From: an uncultured candidate division Zixibacteria bacterium
GTDB taxonomy: Bacteria > Zixibacteria > MSB-5A5 > GN15 > PGXB01
Direction: 5' to 3'
Assembly: GCA_963702205.1 (NCBI GenBank)
Contig: OY969724.1
Coordinates: 2,912,001-2,976,000, forward strand
DNA length: 64,000 nt
Below the pieces are notes generated by a model. The model had not been told where the DNA came from. It searched no databases and was given only the letters and a program-made list of their open reading frames with translations. The translations under genes were made by a program, and so were the position numbers. Of the stretch, positions 10,191 through 20,866 are shown piece after piece. The number at the start of each line of letters is the position of its first letter. The stretch's first letter is position 1.

Positions 10191-11009
10191 TCAGTTAAGT
10201 CGTTCTTTCATTTCGTCCAGCAATCGTACCGGGACCTTTTGAGAACCAATCATTCCGTAGCGGCCGTCACGGCCGTGATAGTCCGAACCTCCCGATATTA
10301 GCAGGTTATATTTTTGCGCCAGCCGTTTAAATCTTCTGACCAAACCCTCGTTGTGGCGACTATGATATACTTCGATACCGTCCAGACCATAACCGACGAA
10401 CTCTTCCAGATATCTGATCGTATTGCTGAGCGCCGGATGTGCCAGAAAGGCCAGCCCACCGGCATCGTGTATCAGCTTAATGGCGTTCGGCGGTTTGATA
10501 TTTTCTTTGGGGACATAACCGGGTCCGTTATTGCCGATAAGCCTGTCAAAAGCCTCATTATAGTTTCGGACGGCACCCGTCCTGACCAGAGCGTCGGCTA
10601 CGTGAGGTCGTGCAATCGCGGACTCTCCGGCTATTTCGATCACCAATTCCTCAGGGACATTTATTCCTATCTTTTTCAATTTATTTAACATCTCAGCCCC
10701 GCGCTGGTTCCGCCTGCGGCGCAGTTCCACAAGGGTTTCGGACAGAAGCTGCGATCCCGGATTAAAAAGATATCCCAGCATATGGATATCTTCACCGGCC
10801 TCCCCACACGACAGTTCGACCCCCGTCACAAGCTCGACGTCGGCATCATTTAAGGCGCTTTCCGCTACAGCATATCCCCCGATATTGTCGTGGTCCGTAA
10901 TCGAGATGGCCTTTAGCCCCAGATCTTTGGCCAGTCTGAGCAGACTCTCCGGGGAATCGGTTCCGTCGGAAAAAGTCGAATGCAAATGCAGGTCGATGTA
11001 GGCTGGCAT
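10191..11009 (-). CDS. PHP-domain phosphoesterase (TrpH/YciV-like)
   Basis: DLHLHSTFSDG, ITDHD, LAHP and GGSDYHG motifs. Confidence 0.92.
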   Translation of the reverse strand: MPAYIDLHLHSTFSDGTDSPESLLRLAKDLGLKAISITDHDNIGGYAVAESALNDADVELVTGVELSCGEAGEDIHMLGYLFNPGSQLLSETLVELRRRRNQRGAEMLNKLKKIGINVPEELVIEIAGESAIARPHVADALVRTGAVRNYNEAFDRLIGNNGPGYVPKENIKPPNAIKLIHDAGGLAFLAHPALSNTIRYLEEFVGYGLDGIEVYHSRHNEGLVRRFKRLAQKYNLLISGGSDYHGRDGRYGMIGSQKVPVRLLDEMKERLN

Positions 11010-11013
11010 TTGT

Positions 11014-12540
11014 TTATAATTTGCTTTCGACGATTTGTTTTATTTCCGACGCCAGCTTATCGCTTTTTTTCTGCAAATCCGCCGCCTTTTTCGTCATGTC
11101 GTCCACGAATTCCTTGTCCTCGAAACTGCCCGTGTTGATCTTCACGTTGTAAATGGCACCTTCCAGGCCCGCCCTGGCCATAAGAGCCGCGACCCCGGCG
11201 TCTGAGACCGAATTGACATTTCCCTTCTCCGCCACGATTTTCGAGAATTCCATTACTTGAAGGGCCAGCCCGGCAGTTTCAAGCGGTACCAGCGTCGCCA
11301 GTTTGGTCGCTTCGTACACCGCCAGATCACGTTTCTTCTTTTCTTCGTCGAAATCTTTGGGCATTTTCATCGCGGCCATAAGTTTATCGAACGCATCGCC
11401 GTCTTTCTTGATCATATCCTGCAATTTCAGCCGAAGTGCTTCCGATTGATCCAGCAGTGCCGTTAGTTCCTCGGCGACGTCATTATATTTCTTTTTCAGG
11501 ACGGTCAGTCGACACACCATCGAATTGAGCGCCGCACCCATCGCCGCCGCGGCCGCCGATACCGAGCCTCCTCCGGGCGTCGGGGTCTTGGCCGCGACTT
11601 CCTCATAGAAGTTGCCCGACGTGGCACCACCTCCACCGCCTGAGCGACGAATCTTTTCTTCGAGCACCTGCTCCGCGCTGAAACCTTCCAGCTGCAAACA
11701 GTATTCCGCCACGTCGAGCAAGGCGTCCTGCGGAACCAAGCCGACGATCTCAGACGACAGCACGTTAACCCCGTACCGGGCCGCCTCGGCCTTGATCGTC
11801 TGAAACACGCGGAAAATCGGCGTCTGCATGTAATTGACCAGATTCATCGACACCTGGGTGCAGTTACGTTCCTTGATCATGAATCCCATCGCCTTGACAA
11901 ACCTGTACCCGCCGCGAATAAACCTCACGGCATCGGCGATTTTGCTTGCTATCGAAACACGGTTAGTATCGAGATAGACGTTGTACGCTACCAGCGGCAG
12001 ACGCACCCCGATGGCCGTCGCCCCGGCCTTGAGGTTCATTTTGGCCGGACCGTAATCGGGCTTGCGGGACGGGTCTTTTTCAATGGCCTCGATCAACCCC
12101 TCATACTGCCCCTCACGCACGTCGGCCAGGTTTTCCCGCGCCGGACTCGACGCCGCCGATTCATACAGGAAGACGGGAATATTCAGTTCCGAGCCGACTC
12201 TTTCCCCAAGCTTTTTGGCCAGTTCCACCGTCTCCGAGACTTTTATGCCGGATATCGGAATAAACGGACAGACGTCGGTCGCACCCATACGCGGGTGTTC
12301 TCCGGAATGCTTTTGCATATCAATCAGTTCGGCAGCCTTCTTAATCCCCCGAAAACACGCCTCGACCGCATCCTCCGGCGGACAGACGAACGTCACCACG
12401 GCCCGGTTGTGGTCCCCGTCCATGGAATGATCCAGCATCGTCACGTTTTGCACCGAGCTTATCTCGGCTATAATCGCGTTAATTACTTCCTTGCGCCTTC
12501 CTTCGGAAAAATTCGGAACACACTCGACAAGTCGTATCAT
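11014..12540 (-). CDS. ftcD: Bifunctional glutamate formimidoyltransferase / formiminotetrahydrofolate cyclodeaminase
   Basis: ECVPNFSEGR, DHNR, HPRMGATDVCPF; cyclodeaminase TPTPGGGS and GNVNSVSDA. Confidence 0.95.
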   Translation of the reverse strand: MIRLVECVPNFSEGRRKEVINAIIAEISSVQNVTMLDHSMDGDHNRAVVTFVCPPEDAVEACFRGIKKAAELIDMQKHSGEHPRMGATDVCPFIPISGIKVSETVELAKKLGERVGSELNIPVFLYESAASSPARENLADVREGQYEGLIEAIEKDPSRKPDYGPAKMNLKAGATAIGVRLPLVAYNVYLDTNRVSIASKIADAVRFIRGGYRFVKAMGFMIKERNCTQVSMNLVNYMQTPIFRVFQTIKAEAARYGVNVLSSEIVGLVPQDALLDVAEYCLQLEGFSAEQVLEEKIRRSGGGGGATSGNFYEEVAAKTPTPGGGSVSAAAAAMGAALNSMVCRLTVLKKKYNDVAEELTALLDQSEALRLKLQDMIKKDGDAFDKLMAAMKMPKDFDEEKKKRDLAVYEATKLATLVPLETAGLALQVMEFSKIVAEKGNVNSVSDAGVAALMARAGLEGAIYNVKINTGSFEDKEFVDDMTKKAADLQKKSDKLASEIKQIVESKL

Positions 12541-12553
12541 ACCGTCATCTCCA

Positions 12554-13519
12554 TTATTTCTTTATCTTACTAATACGGGCCTTAAGCCCCCACGCCAGAA
12601 GCGGGATCATTATTTCATGATGTCCCACAAAATTAAAGCCTTTACCGGCCCGGTCGGTCGGCCGCTGCACGACGTTGACCATCGGGCGATACTGAAGAAT
12701 CATATCGAAATTAGCCGTATTGATTTTCCGCGCCTGCTTCTTGACATTGCGCGCGATCGTCAGCGCCTTGAGAAACACTTCGGGCAGCAGCACTGCCGAC
12801 CCGAAATTGGCGACCACCCCGCCCCGGTCGGCATCAATCAGGACATTTGATAAAATCTTGAAATCGCGGTATGACGCTTCCGCCGCCGGACCGGGCAAAA
12901 ACGACGGGAGCTGCTGCACTATATCGGTCCCGATCGCCAGATGCACCGTCGCCGGGATATTCTTTTTGTATGCCGCATGAAAGAGCGAGTGCTTGCGGAA
13001 ACGAGCCTTGTTGATTTCAATGTACTTCCCGGCCGCCTCCCCCAGTCCGGTCCCGCCTTCCGACGCCTCCGCGATCACTCCGGCGAACATCGCCGCCGTT
13101 TCTTCGGACATGCCGAACGAGCCGTCGTGCACCCCGGCCAAAACGTCCTCCGATGTCATTCCCGCGAAGGCCAGTTCCAAATCGTGTATCAGCCCGGCGC
13201 TGTTGAACGACAACCCGGTCACGATATCTTTTTCGATCAAATCGATAATAATCGGTGACAGACCGACTTTGATGACGTGCGCGCCCATCATGGCATGAAA
13301 CGGCAGCCCTTTTTGTCGGGCTTTCTTTATTAAAGCTATGACTTCGCGGAAATCATCGGCTTTGAGAAAGTGCGGCAGGCTGTCGAAGAAATCCCTGGCC
13401 GATCCGGTCTGGCAGACTTTTCCCAGTCCGGAAAATGAAACCTTGCTCGGCCGTTTGCTAAGGGAAACGGTCTTGACCCGGTTCAGGTCGACCAATTTAA
13501 ATTTTGATTTTTGTCCCAT
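12554..13519 (-). CDS. Conserved protein, probable deoxyhypusine-synthase-like fold
   Basis: MGAHVIKVGLSP, IHDLE, TSEDV..G..DGSFGM, GSAVLLPEVFLKA and GHHEIMIPL motifs. Confidence 0.55.
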   Translation of the reverse strand: MGQKSKFKLVDLNRVKTVSLSKRPSKVSFSGLGKVCQTGSARDFFDSLPHFLKADDFREVIALIKKARQKGLPFHAMMGAHVIKVGLSPIIIDLIEKDIVTGLSFNSAGLIHDLELAFAGMTSEDVLAGVHDGSFGMSEETAAMFAGVIAEASEGGTGLGEAAGKYIEINKARFRKHSLFHAAYKKNIPATVHLAIGTDIVQQLPSFLPGPAAEASYRDFKILSNVLIDADRGGVVANFGSAVLLPEVFLKALTIARNVKKQARKINTANFDMILQYRPMVNVVQRPTDRAGKGFNFVGHHEIMIPLLAWGLKARISKIKK

Positions 13520-14343
13520 CAGAAATCGAGTATTTCGCCCAGTTCGTAGCCGGTCAGTTCCGCCGAAATCGACCCGACTATCACTTTTGATTTCATCAGC
13601 ACCGGCAGCTTCAGCCGGTCGTCAGTCAGCCAGACGGTCAGCTTGCCTTCATTCTTGAAAATCCCCGGACTTTGCAGCAAGGGTTCGACCACGATGCAAT
13701 CGAATCGCCCGGCCTTGACTTTGATCTGTTCTTTGCGCAGGACGTTCACCTGGAGCGGGTAGACTTTACCGTCGGTGAAGTTGTCGACGGAAATCGATTG
13801 CCCGACTTTCAAATCCTGCGTGCGTATATAGTACAGCACCGACAATGCATCCTGCGTGAACGGGGCCACTTCGATCGTATCGTCCTCGAAATAAATTTGA
13901 TTGAAAAAAGGATCGTAATTGTGCACCCGGTCGGACCGGTACGATCCCTCGCGCAGGTGCTTCTCGAAATGCCACGAAAACATGGCGTCGACGTCCATTA
14001 TGCTTTCGACCTGGTCTTCCACCCGGTAAAACGACGAGAAGAACTTATTGGAATTGGCCTTCGATATGATATGATAGCAAGGCCGTTTATTGTAATCGAC
14101 CAGCCCGGCCACTTCCATCGTTGCGTACCCGGCGTTGATGAAACCGTAGTTTATATCGTACGATAACTTTTCTCCCGGACCGAAGGCATCATTGGGAATA
14201 TATCTCAGGAGGTTGTCGGATTTCGGCGCGGCTTGCCCCGAATCGCTTTGCGCCTTGGCCGACGCCAGCGCGAAGTACGAAAAATATGCCGATGCGCAAA
14301 TAATCGTAAGCACAATCAATGTCGCGGCAAATTTCTTAATCAT
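13519..14343 (-). CDS. DUF3108-domain exported protein
   Basis: Signal peptide; FGPGEKLSY.I.YGFINAG; VKAGRFDC; VWLTDD...PV. Confidence 0.8.
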   Translation of the reverse strand: MIKKFAATLIVLTIICASAYFSYFALASAKAQSDSGQAAPKSDNLLRYIPNDAFGPGEKLSYDINYGFINAGYATMEVAGLVDYNKRPCYHIISKANSNKFFSSFYRVEDQVESIMDVDAMFSWHFEKHLREGSYRSDRVHNYDPFFNQIYFEDDTIEVAPFTQDALSVLYYIRTQDLKVGQSISVDNFTDGKVYPLQVNVLRKEQIKVKAGRFDCIVVEPLLQSPGIFKNEGKLTVWLTDDRLKLPVLMKSKVIVGSISAELTGYELGEILDF

Positions 14344-14350
14344 ACCCGTA

Positions 14351-14851
14351 TCATTCGCTTTCTTCGGCCTTTTTCGCGGCGGCCTCCTCTATATGCGGCA
14401 GAATCCGGCCCAGTTCCTCACCGATCTCGAGAAAGGCATGGTTGTAAATATCCAGCGTGCCGCCGATCGGATCATCGATCCCCTCACCCTCGCATCCCTT
14501 TTTGGGATAATTTCTCAATAAGTACACTTTGTCGCGTGAGGATTCCGACATCCGTTTAACCTGCTGACAGTGCGACGGACTCATACACAGCACCAGGTCC
14601 ATCCTTTCGATCAGTTCCCGTGTCACCGGCTGCGATTTGTGCTTGCTGATGTTGGCTTCCCATATTTTCGCCGCTTCGATCGCGAAATCGGTGGCGGCAT
14701 ATCCGTATATCGCCCCGGTGCCGGACGAAACGATCTCGACGTTTGTTATATCATCTTTTTCGAGAAGTTTCTTCAGCGCTCCCTCGGCCATGGGCGAGCG
14801 GCAGGTATTACCGGTGCAGACGAACATGATTCTGTACTTTCCGGGCATCAT
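14351..14851 (-). CDS. Low-molecular-weight protein tyrosine/arginine phosphatase (YwlE-like)
   Basis: FVCTGNTCRSPMAE P-loop and DPIGG; ATGA overlap with the tsaC stop puts the start at 14851. Confidence 0.9.
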   Translation of the reverse strand: MMPGKYRIMFVCTGNTCRSPMAEGALKKLLEKDDITNVEIVSSGTGAIYGYAATDFAIEAAKIWEANISKHKSQPVTRELIERMDLVLCMSPSHCQQVKRMSESSRDKVYLLRNYPKKGCEGEGIDDPIGGTLDIYNHAFLEIGEELGRILPHIEEAAAKKAEESE

Positions 14852-15480
14852 ACCGGCACCTCCCCCGCGATATCCTCCCGGCTGATGGCACCTTCGCGCA
14901 GAACGACGGCTTTGTCTCCGCTGCAATCGACCACGGTCGAAACCGGCCCGTCGAGCTTTCCGGCGTCCAGATAAAGATCGACCTCTCCGCCAAATTCAAC
15001 GGCTATATCATCGACCGTCTCGGCGTCGGCCAGACCTGATCTATTGGCGCTGGTGGCAGTGAGGTCGAACGAGAGACTATCCAGCAAATCAGCAATGACT
15101 TTCGACGATGACACCCTCAAGCCGATCTTGCCTTCAAATGCGGCCGGATGCGGCCGATCCTCGCGGGCTTTCAAAACCAGGGTCATCGCGCCCGGCAAAA
15201 ACTTCGCGGCCAGTTTTTTCGAAACGTCCGTTTCAATCGCATAATCGGAGATACAGCCCGTGTTTTTTATGAATATGGCCGACGGATTCTTTGTACTGCG
15301 GCCTTTTATATCATACACCTTTTGCACCTGGTTCGCCCTGTCGGCCCGCACCGCCAGACCGTAGCGCGTCTCCGTCGGGACGACAACAACGCCTTCGCGA
15401 TTCAAAATGTCTGCGGCCGCCTGTATGATATCATTCTCCGGGATTAACGGGTTGATCCTGAGGATATTGGGTCGTATCAT
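14848..15480 (-). CDS. tsaC: L-threonylcarbamoyladenylate synthase (TsaC/YrdC)
   Basis: PTETRYGL, KGR, PGAMTLVL, ATSANRSG and STVVD motifs. Confidence 0.92.
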   Translation of the reverse strand: MIRPNILRINPLIPENDIIQAAADILNREGVVVVPTETRYGLAVRADRANQVQKVYDIKGRSTKNPSAIFIKNTGCISDYAIETDVSKKLAAKFLPGAMTLVLKAREDRPHPAAFEGKIGLRVSSSKVIADLLDSLSFDLTATSANRSGLADAETVDDIAVEFGGEVDLYLDAGKLDGPVSTVVDCSGDKAVVLREGAISREDIAGEVPV

Positions 15481-16081
15481 CTGCCTTTTCCGTACTGTCT
15501 GCGTTCATACCGCCGAGCGAATCGGTGAAGGGAATTATTTCGGCGTTATCGTAAAGGCCTTCCATCCGCCGCACTCCCACGTTGACCTTAACCACCCAGG
15601 CGTTTTTGTATCCGGCTTCCACGGCGGCCGGGACATATTTCTCGGCCGACTCACGGTCGTTGAAATCTCCGACCCTGATTTTGTAATACGGTACTTCGTA
15701 ATCCAGCCAGACTTTTTTATCGAATACTTCCCGGGCGATTTTCAGTTCCGTCATGGCCGGTTGGTACGTCTTCGAGGTGAACAGCTGAATCCGGTACGAT
15801 TCCGTGCGGTCACCGGATTCACCGGGCAAATTTATCTTAAGCGAATCGGCCGCTCCGCCCGCGGTACCTGAGGCCGCCGAATCGACTGCAACCTGAACGG
15901 CGTGTCCCGGAACGACCGCGAAATCGGCGGATATTCCGAGCGGGTCGTCATCGATTTTTTCGGGACGGCGGGTAGCCGACTCTTCCCCGGCCCCGCGTTC
16001 AAACGAACCCCTGCAGCCGACCAAAATCGTGAGTACGGCCAGCAGTGACACCGCGTATATTTTCCACGTTCTTAACATCAT
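15431..16081 (-). CDS. SPOR-domain lipoprotein
   Basis: Lipobox LVG-C; YRIQLF...PYYKIRVGDF..R..AE....GY.NAWVV. Confidence 0.85.
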   Translation of the reverse strand: MMLRTWKIYAVSLLAVLTILVGCRGSFERGAGEESATRRPEKIDDDPLGISADFAVVPGHAVQVAVDSAASGTAGGAADSLKINLPGESGDRTESYRIQLFTSKTYQPAMTELKIAREVFDKKVWLDYEVPYYKIRVGDFNDRESAEKYVPAAVEAGYKNAWVVKVNVGVRRMEGLYDNAEIIPFTDSLGGMNADSTEKADDTTQYPQDQPVNPGE

Positions 16082-17157
16082 AAATATTTTTTCCGATTGT
16101 CGTCTTTGGAGATTTCCGCCAGGACCTGCTTGACCTGGTTGGCATAAGTCTTGTGTGCCACGAAGACAATATTATCGGTTTTAACCACGACCAGGTCGGA
16201 AACCCCCAGCGTGACGATCAATCCCTCATCTTCATTGTAAATCGTATTCTCATAAGAATTCATGGTCATGGCGTCGCCGACAATGACGTTGTGCTCGTGG
16301 TCGCGCTCTTTGTACCGTTCCAGCGCATTCCAGCTTCCGATATCGTCCCAGACAATATCGCCTTTGATCGTCAGCACGTTGGCGGCGTTCTCCAGCACGG
16401 CAAAATCTATAGAAATGGGATCGCTTTCATCGTAAAGTTTGCGCCGCTCGGCCAGTTCATCGTCGGTACCGATTGACGGAGCGTAATCCGCCAGTCCTTT
16501 GCCGATATCGGGGACGCACTTCCCGATCGCATCGAGGATCGAAGACGCCGACCAGATAAACATCCCCGAATTCCAGAGATGACGGCGGCTGTAATAATAT
16601 TCCTGCGCCACCGCCTGGCTCGGTTTCTCGGTGAACGCTTCGACTTTGTAAACCGCCACGTTGCCCATCGCCCGGTACTGATCGGCCAGTTTTATATAGC
16701 CGTATCCCGTTTCAGGACGAGTCGGGTCGATTCCGATCGTGATCAATTTATCATCCGAAGCCGCAATTTCCGCCCCGGCCAGAATCATGTCATGGAGTTT
16801 TTCGGCAGGACGGATAATATGATCGGCCGACAGCACCACCATCACACCGTCTTTGTCGGCGTTTTTTATATGCTGGGCCGCCAGCCCGATGGCCAGGCAG
16901 GTATTGCGACCGAACGGTTCCGATAAAATATTGTCCAGCGTCAGTTCTTTAATGTCGCCCAGTATCGGGTCGACCATGTTTTCAGACGTGACAATCAGAA
17001 GGCGCTCGTAGGGTACAATCGGCAAAATCCGGTTGACCGTCTCCTGCAGCATGGTTTTGTCGGAAATCAGACGCAGCAACTGTTTGGGTCGCTGGGACCG
17101 CGACAGGGGCCAGAATCTTTCACCGCGTCCCCCGGCGAGAATTACGGCATGAATCAA
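16078..17157 (-). CDS. manC: Mannose-1-phosphate guanylyltransferase
   Basis: ILAGGRGERFWPLSR..RPKQLL, EPFGRNT, ETGYGYI, FTEKP, WNSGMF and WDDIGSW. Confidence 0.93.
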   Translation of the reverse strand: MIHAVILAGGRGERFWPLSRSQRPKQLLRLISDKTMLQETVNRILPIVPYERLLIVTSENMVDPILGDIKELTLDNILSEPFGRNTCLAIGLAAQHIKNADKDGVMVVLSADHIIRPAEKLHDMILAGAEIAASDDKLITIGIDPTRPETGYGYIKLADQYRAMGNVAVYKVEAFTEKPSQAVAQEYYYSRRHLWNSGMFIWSASSILDAIGKCVPDIGKGLADYAPSIGTDDELAERRKLYDESDPISIDFAVLENAANVLTIKGDIVWDDIGSWNALERYKERDHEHNVIVGDAMTMNSYENTIYNEDEGLIVTLGVSDLVVVKTDNIVFVAHKTYANQVKQVLAEISKDDNRKKYL

Positions 17158-17222
17158 GTCGGTTTCCTCCGGTAATTAAAATCTTATATAGTAACTATAT
17201 ACGGTCCCGATGTCAACAATAG

Positions 17223-18721
17223 CTATTCGCCAAAAATGGTCGCCTGGAATTTATAGACGGTCGCGTCGGGAGACAGATAGTCCTGCTTGTTCAGACCCGC
17301 TTTCAGGCAGGTCTGTTCCAGCAACGTCGTCCGGTCCCAGTTATAATCGACCGCGACCTGGGGCAAAAGCAGCCCCCGCGCCGGGCCTTTGAAAATCATC
17401 AAACCGTCGCGCCCGACCACGATCTCATCCCAGTTATTGACTTTTTGCAAAGGCGAAAGAACCGATATCTCGATATGGATTTTCTTTAATTCATCCTCGG
17501 TCACCGGAGGGAAGCGGGGATCCTCGACCGCCGCCTTGACGGCACACTCGGAGACACATTCATGAAGCGGCCCCAGCGCAGTCGTGTATCCGATGCACCC
17601 CCGAAGCTGGCCGTTTTCTTCGAGCGTCACGAAGGCCATACCGAACTTGGCGATGTCGTCGGTAACGTCGAAATGCGGCATCGTCTTCCCGGCCAGGTGA
17701 GCCTCCAGCGACTTTCGGGCGATCTTTAAAAGCAGGTCCTTGTCCGTCTGGTTCAACTCCATCTGATGCGGCAACTCCGGCTCGTCCGACTTCGTTTCCA
17801 CTTCGGCATCGGTCTTTGCCCCCCCCTGGATGACTTATAGAACACAAGCGCGGCATAACCGACGACCGAGCTCTTGTCCCCCGTTATATCGCCGGAGTCG
17901 GCATGCTTGAGCAGCTTGACCTTATTAGCGCCGTGAGCTATGGCGGCCTTAATAACCGCGGCCGCGGCTCCCCCACCGCACATTTCGGTTTTGCCATCGG
18001 CGAGGTTTTCGTAGAGACGGTCCGGGTCCATGTCCAGCATGCACTCCAACCCCACCGAATCCATCCCGGACCCGACCGAGGCGGCGCGATAGTGCTGCCA
18101 GTCGCTCGATGCCACCATAACCGTCCGGTCGTCGATATGAAGCGACGACAGGGCATCGGCCAGTAGATCGACCGTCTGTCGGTCCTGATTGCCGATTACG
18201 ATGGGGACTATCTTGAAATTTTTTAATACCGTCTGAAGATACGGCAATTGCACTTCCAGGCAGTGCTCCTGGTCGTGAGCCTTGGCAACGACGTTGAAAT
18301 TCTTGTTGTACTTCAATAACTGATCGCAAAGAGCGTCGTCGCAGGGTACTATACCGAGCGGCGTGCGCCATTTAATGAACGGCCCGTAAACCGACAGACC
18401 ATAGAAAGCATAGTGGTGCGATGGCCCGCACATGATGACGGTTGATACATTTTTATTTTCAAGCAATTTATAAGCATAAGCCGCCACCCCGCCCGAATAA
18501 ATTAGCCCGGCATGCGGCACCACAACCGCGAGAATCTGGCCGTCGATTTCAGGGAGATTGGTAACCGCCGCCAGGTGGGCGTTAACCATGCTCTGAAGTT
18601 CTGCGGAATCGGCGGGATAAAATGTCCCGGCTACAGCCGGCGGCCGTTCTATGGCAAGTGCAGCCGAAAATGCCAGGATTACAACAATGAAGACAATAAA
18701 GAATACATTAAATAGGCGCAT
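17223..18721 (-). CDS. amrB: AmmeMemoRadiSam protein B (Memo-like) fused to protein A (AMMECR1-like), with a Sec signal peptide; frame break in a G8 tract at 17819-17826
   Basis: RPPAVAGTFYP, PHAG..YSG, GPSHH, EHCLEVQLP, SSDWQHY, MCGG and VVGYAA (AmrB); AFVTL...LRGCIG, DPRFPP, EISVLSP and GLLLPQV (AmrA); one extra G joins both frames; AAGGAG RBS before 18721. Confidence 0.85.
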
Positions 18722-18815
18722 ATATATCTCCTTTGGGCACAATACTATTCCTTATACACACGGTCAAGCAAAAAAGTATTGGCGTCCCGGAGGCAAAGCG
18801 TTGTATATAAATTAG

Positions 18816-19727
18816 ATGAGTAAAGTTGTCGTCATAAGAAAGCCGGGGCTTGAAAAAGCCGGCCGCGATGATTATTCCGGTATGTTGAAAGCCGGTTTGG
18901 CCGAGTTGTTCGGTGTCACGAACCCGATTGCGACTTTGGCCGAAATGTTTGATTCGGGTGCGGTCGGCATGAAAACCAACTGCCTGGCGCGGCATTTCAA
19001 CTCGACTCCGGTGGCGCTTACCGAAGCGTTCGGCGATTTTCTTAACAAGGCCGGAGTAAAAGACAACAACATCGTCGTCTGGGAACGAACCAACCGCGAA
19101 TTGAAAGACGCCGGGTATGAACTCAATGCTTCATCGTTCGGTCGCCGATGCCTCGGGACCGACACCAACGGCGTCGGCTACAGCTCGTCGTTTTACACTT
19201 CCGGCGATGTTAACTCGCTGGTATCGTTAATATTGACGGATATACTTAAATATAACGTTAATGCGCCCGTCCTGAAAGATCACAGCCTGGCCGGACTTTC
19301 GGGAGGCCTAAAAAACCTCTACGGCGCAATACACAACCCCAATAAATATCACGATGATAATTGCAATCCGAGCGCCGCGCACGTCGCCGATCTCGCCCCC
19401 ATTCGCGACAAAACGGTGCTGACGATTATCGATGCGGTCAAGGTCCAGTATAACGGCGGGCCGGGATATAACAGCCACTACCTCGAAAATTACGGCGGGC
19501 TGATTATCGCCAAAGACCCGGTCGCGGCCGACGCGGTTGGCTTAAAAATATTAGAGAATCTGCGCGCCAAATACAATCTGCCGGATCTGGAAAAAGCGGG
19601 ACGACCGGCCAAATATCTGAAAACTGCGGAGCAGCTCGGACTCGGGACGGCGGATCTCGACAAAATCGATCTCAAGGTCCTTGCGGTCGATAGCAACGGC
19701 GGCGTTTCCGCCGGGGAGTTAATCTGA
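18816..19727 (+). CDS. DUF362-domain protein
   Basis: MKTNC, NAPVLKDH..AGLSGGLKNLYG and DPVAADAVG motifs. Confidence 0.85.
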   Translation: MSKVVVIRKPGLEKAGRDDYSGMLKAGLAELFGVTNPIATLAEMFDSGAVGMKTNCLARHFNSTPVALTEAFGDFLNKAGVKDNNIVVWERTNRELKDAGYELNASSFGRRCLGTDTNGVGYSSSFYTSGDVNSLVSLILTDILKYNVNAPVLKDHSLAGLSGGLKNLYGAIHNPNKYHDDNCNPSAAHVADLAPIRDKTVLTIIDAVKVQYNGGPGYNSHYLENYGGLIIAKDPVAADAVGLKILENLRAKYNLPDLEKAGRPAKYLKTAEQLGLGTADLDKIDLKVLAVDSNGGVSAGELI

Positions 19728-20866
19728 TGAAACGGCGCTTGTTTATGAAATGTCTCGGCTGCACCATGGCCGCCACGGCCCTGACCCAGACCGATCTTCT
19801 TCCCCCGGCTCTGGGCGGCCTTCAAAACGCTATGGCCTTTGACTATACTACCGAACTTTCTTCAGTCGAGGCGCGATATTACGAAAAACAGCCGGGAGGC
19901 GGCATCAAGTGTAAGCTTTGTCCACGCAACTGCCTGGTGACCGATCTGGAACGAGGCTACTGCGGGGTGCGCGAAAACCGTGGCGACATCTATCATACCC
20001 TCGTCTATGCGAGACCGTGCTCGATGAATATCGACCCGATCGAGAAAAAACCGCTGTTTCATTTTTATCCCGGCTCGCAGGCGTTCTCCATCGCCACGGC
20101 CGGGTGCAATTCCAACTGCAAGTTCTGCCAGAACTGGGAAATTTCGCAGGTGCGGCCCGAACAGACACAAAACTTCGACCTGCCGCCCGAAGAAATCATC
20201 CAGATTTGCAAACAAAGAAAAATTCCGACGATAGCCTACACATATTCCGAGCCGGTGATATTTTACGAATACATGTACGACACCGCCGAACGGGGGCACA
20301 AAGACGATATCAGGTCGGTCATGATCACCGGCGGCTATATCGAATCCAAACCGCTGGCCGAGATTCAACCACACTTGGACGCCATTAAAGTTGACCTCAA
20401 AGCCATCCGGCAGGATTATTATAAAGACATCGTGCACGTCGACCTCAAGCCGGTCCTCGACGGGATAGTCCAAATCAAGAAGGCCGGGACGTGGCTGGAG
20501 CTGGTCTATCTGGTGGTGCCGACTCTCAACGACACCGAGGACGAATTCCGGGAGCTGGCGGTATGGATCAAAAACAACCTGGGGCCGGACGTCCCGCTGC
20601 ATTTCTCCCGTTTCTATCCCCAGTACCTACTGAAAGACCTTCCCCCGACCCCGCTCAAGACTCTGGAAACCGCCTGGCAGATATGCAAGGCCGAGGGGCT
20701 TCATTTTGTCTATCTCGGCAATATTCCCGGCCACGAGGCGGAATCGACCTATTGCCCCAACTGCGGTAAAATTGTTATTGGCCGCAAGGGGTTTCGCATC
20801 GTAAATTACAACCTCGACGGGAATAAATGCAAATTCTGTAAACGGGAAATACCCGGATTGTTTTGA
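19727..20866 (+). CDS. amrS: AmmeMemoRadiSam radical SAM enzyme with an N-terminal twin-arginine-like signal
   Basis: CKLCPRNC...GYCGVR, IDPIEKKPLFHF, CNSNCKFC (CxxxCxxC), YTYSEP, PLHFSRFYP, CPNC...CKFC; N-terminus MKRRLFMK. Confidence 0.93.
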   Translation: MKRRLFMKCLGCTMAATALTQTDLLPPALGGLQNAMAFDYTTELSSVEARYYEKQPGGGIKCKLCPRNCLVTDLERGYCGVRENRGDIYHTLVYARPCSMNIDPIEKKPLFHFYPGSQAFSIATAGCNSNCKFCQNWEISQVRPEQTQNFDLPPEEIIQICKQRKIPTIAYTYSEPVIFYEYMYDTAERGHKDDIRSVMITGGYIESKPLAEIQPHLDAIKVDLKAIRQDYYKDIVHVDLKPVLDGIVQIKKAGTWLELVYLVVPTLNDTEDEFRELAVWIKNNLGPDVPLHFSRFYPQYLLKDLPPTPLKTLETAWQICKAEGLHFVYLGNIPGHEAESTYCPNCGKIVIGRKGFRIVNYNLDGNKCKFCKREIPGLF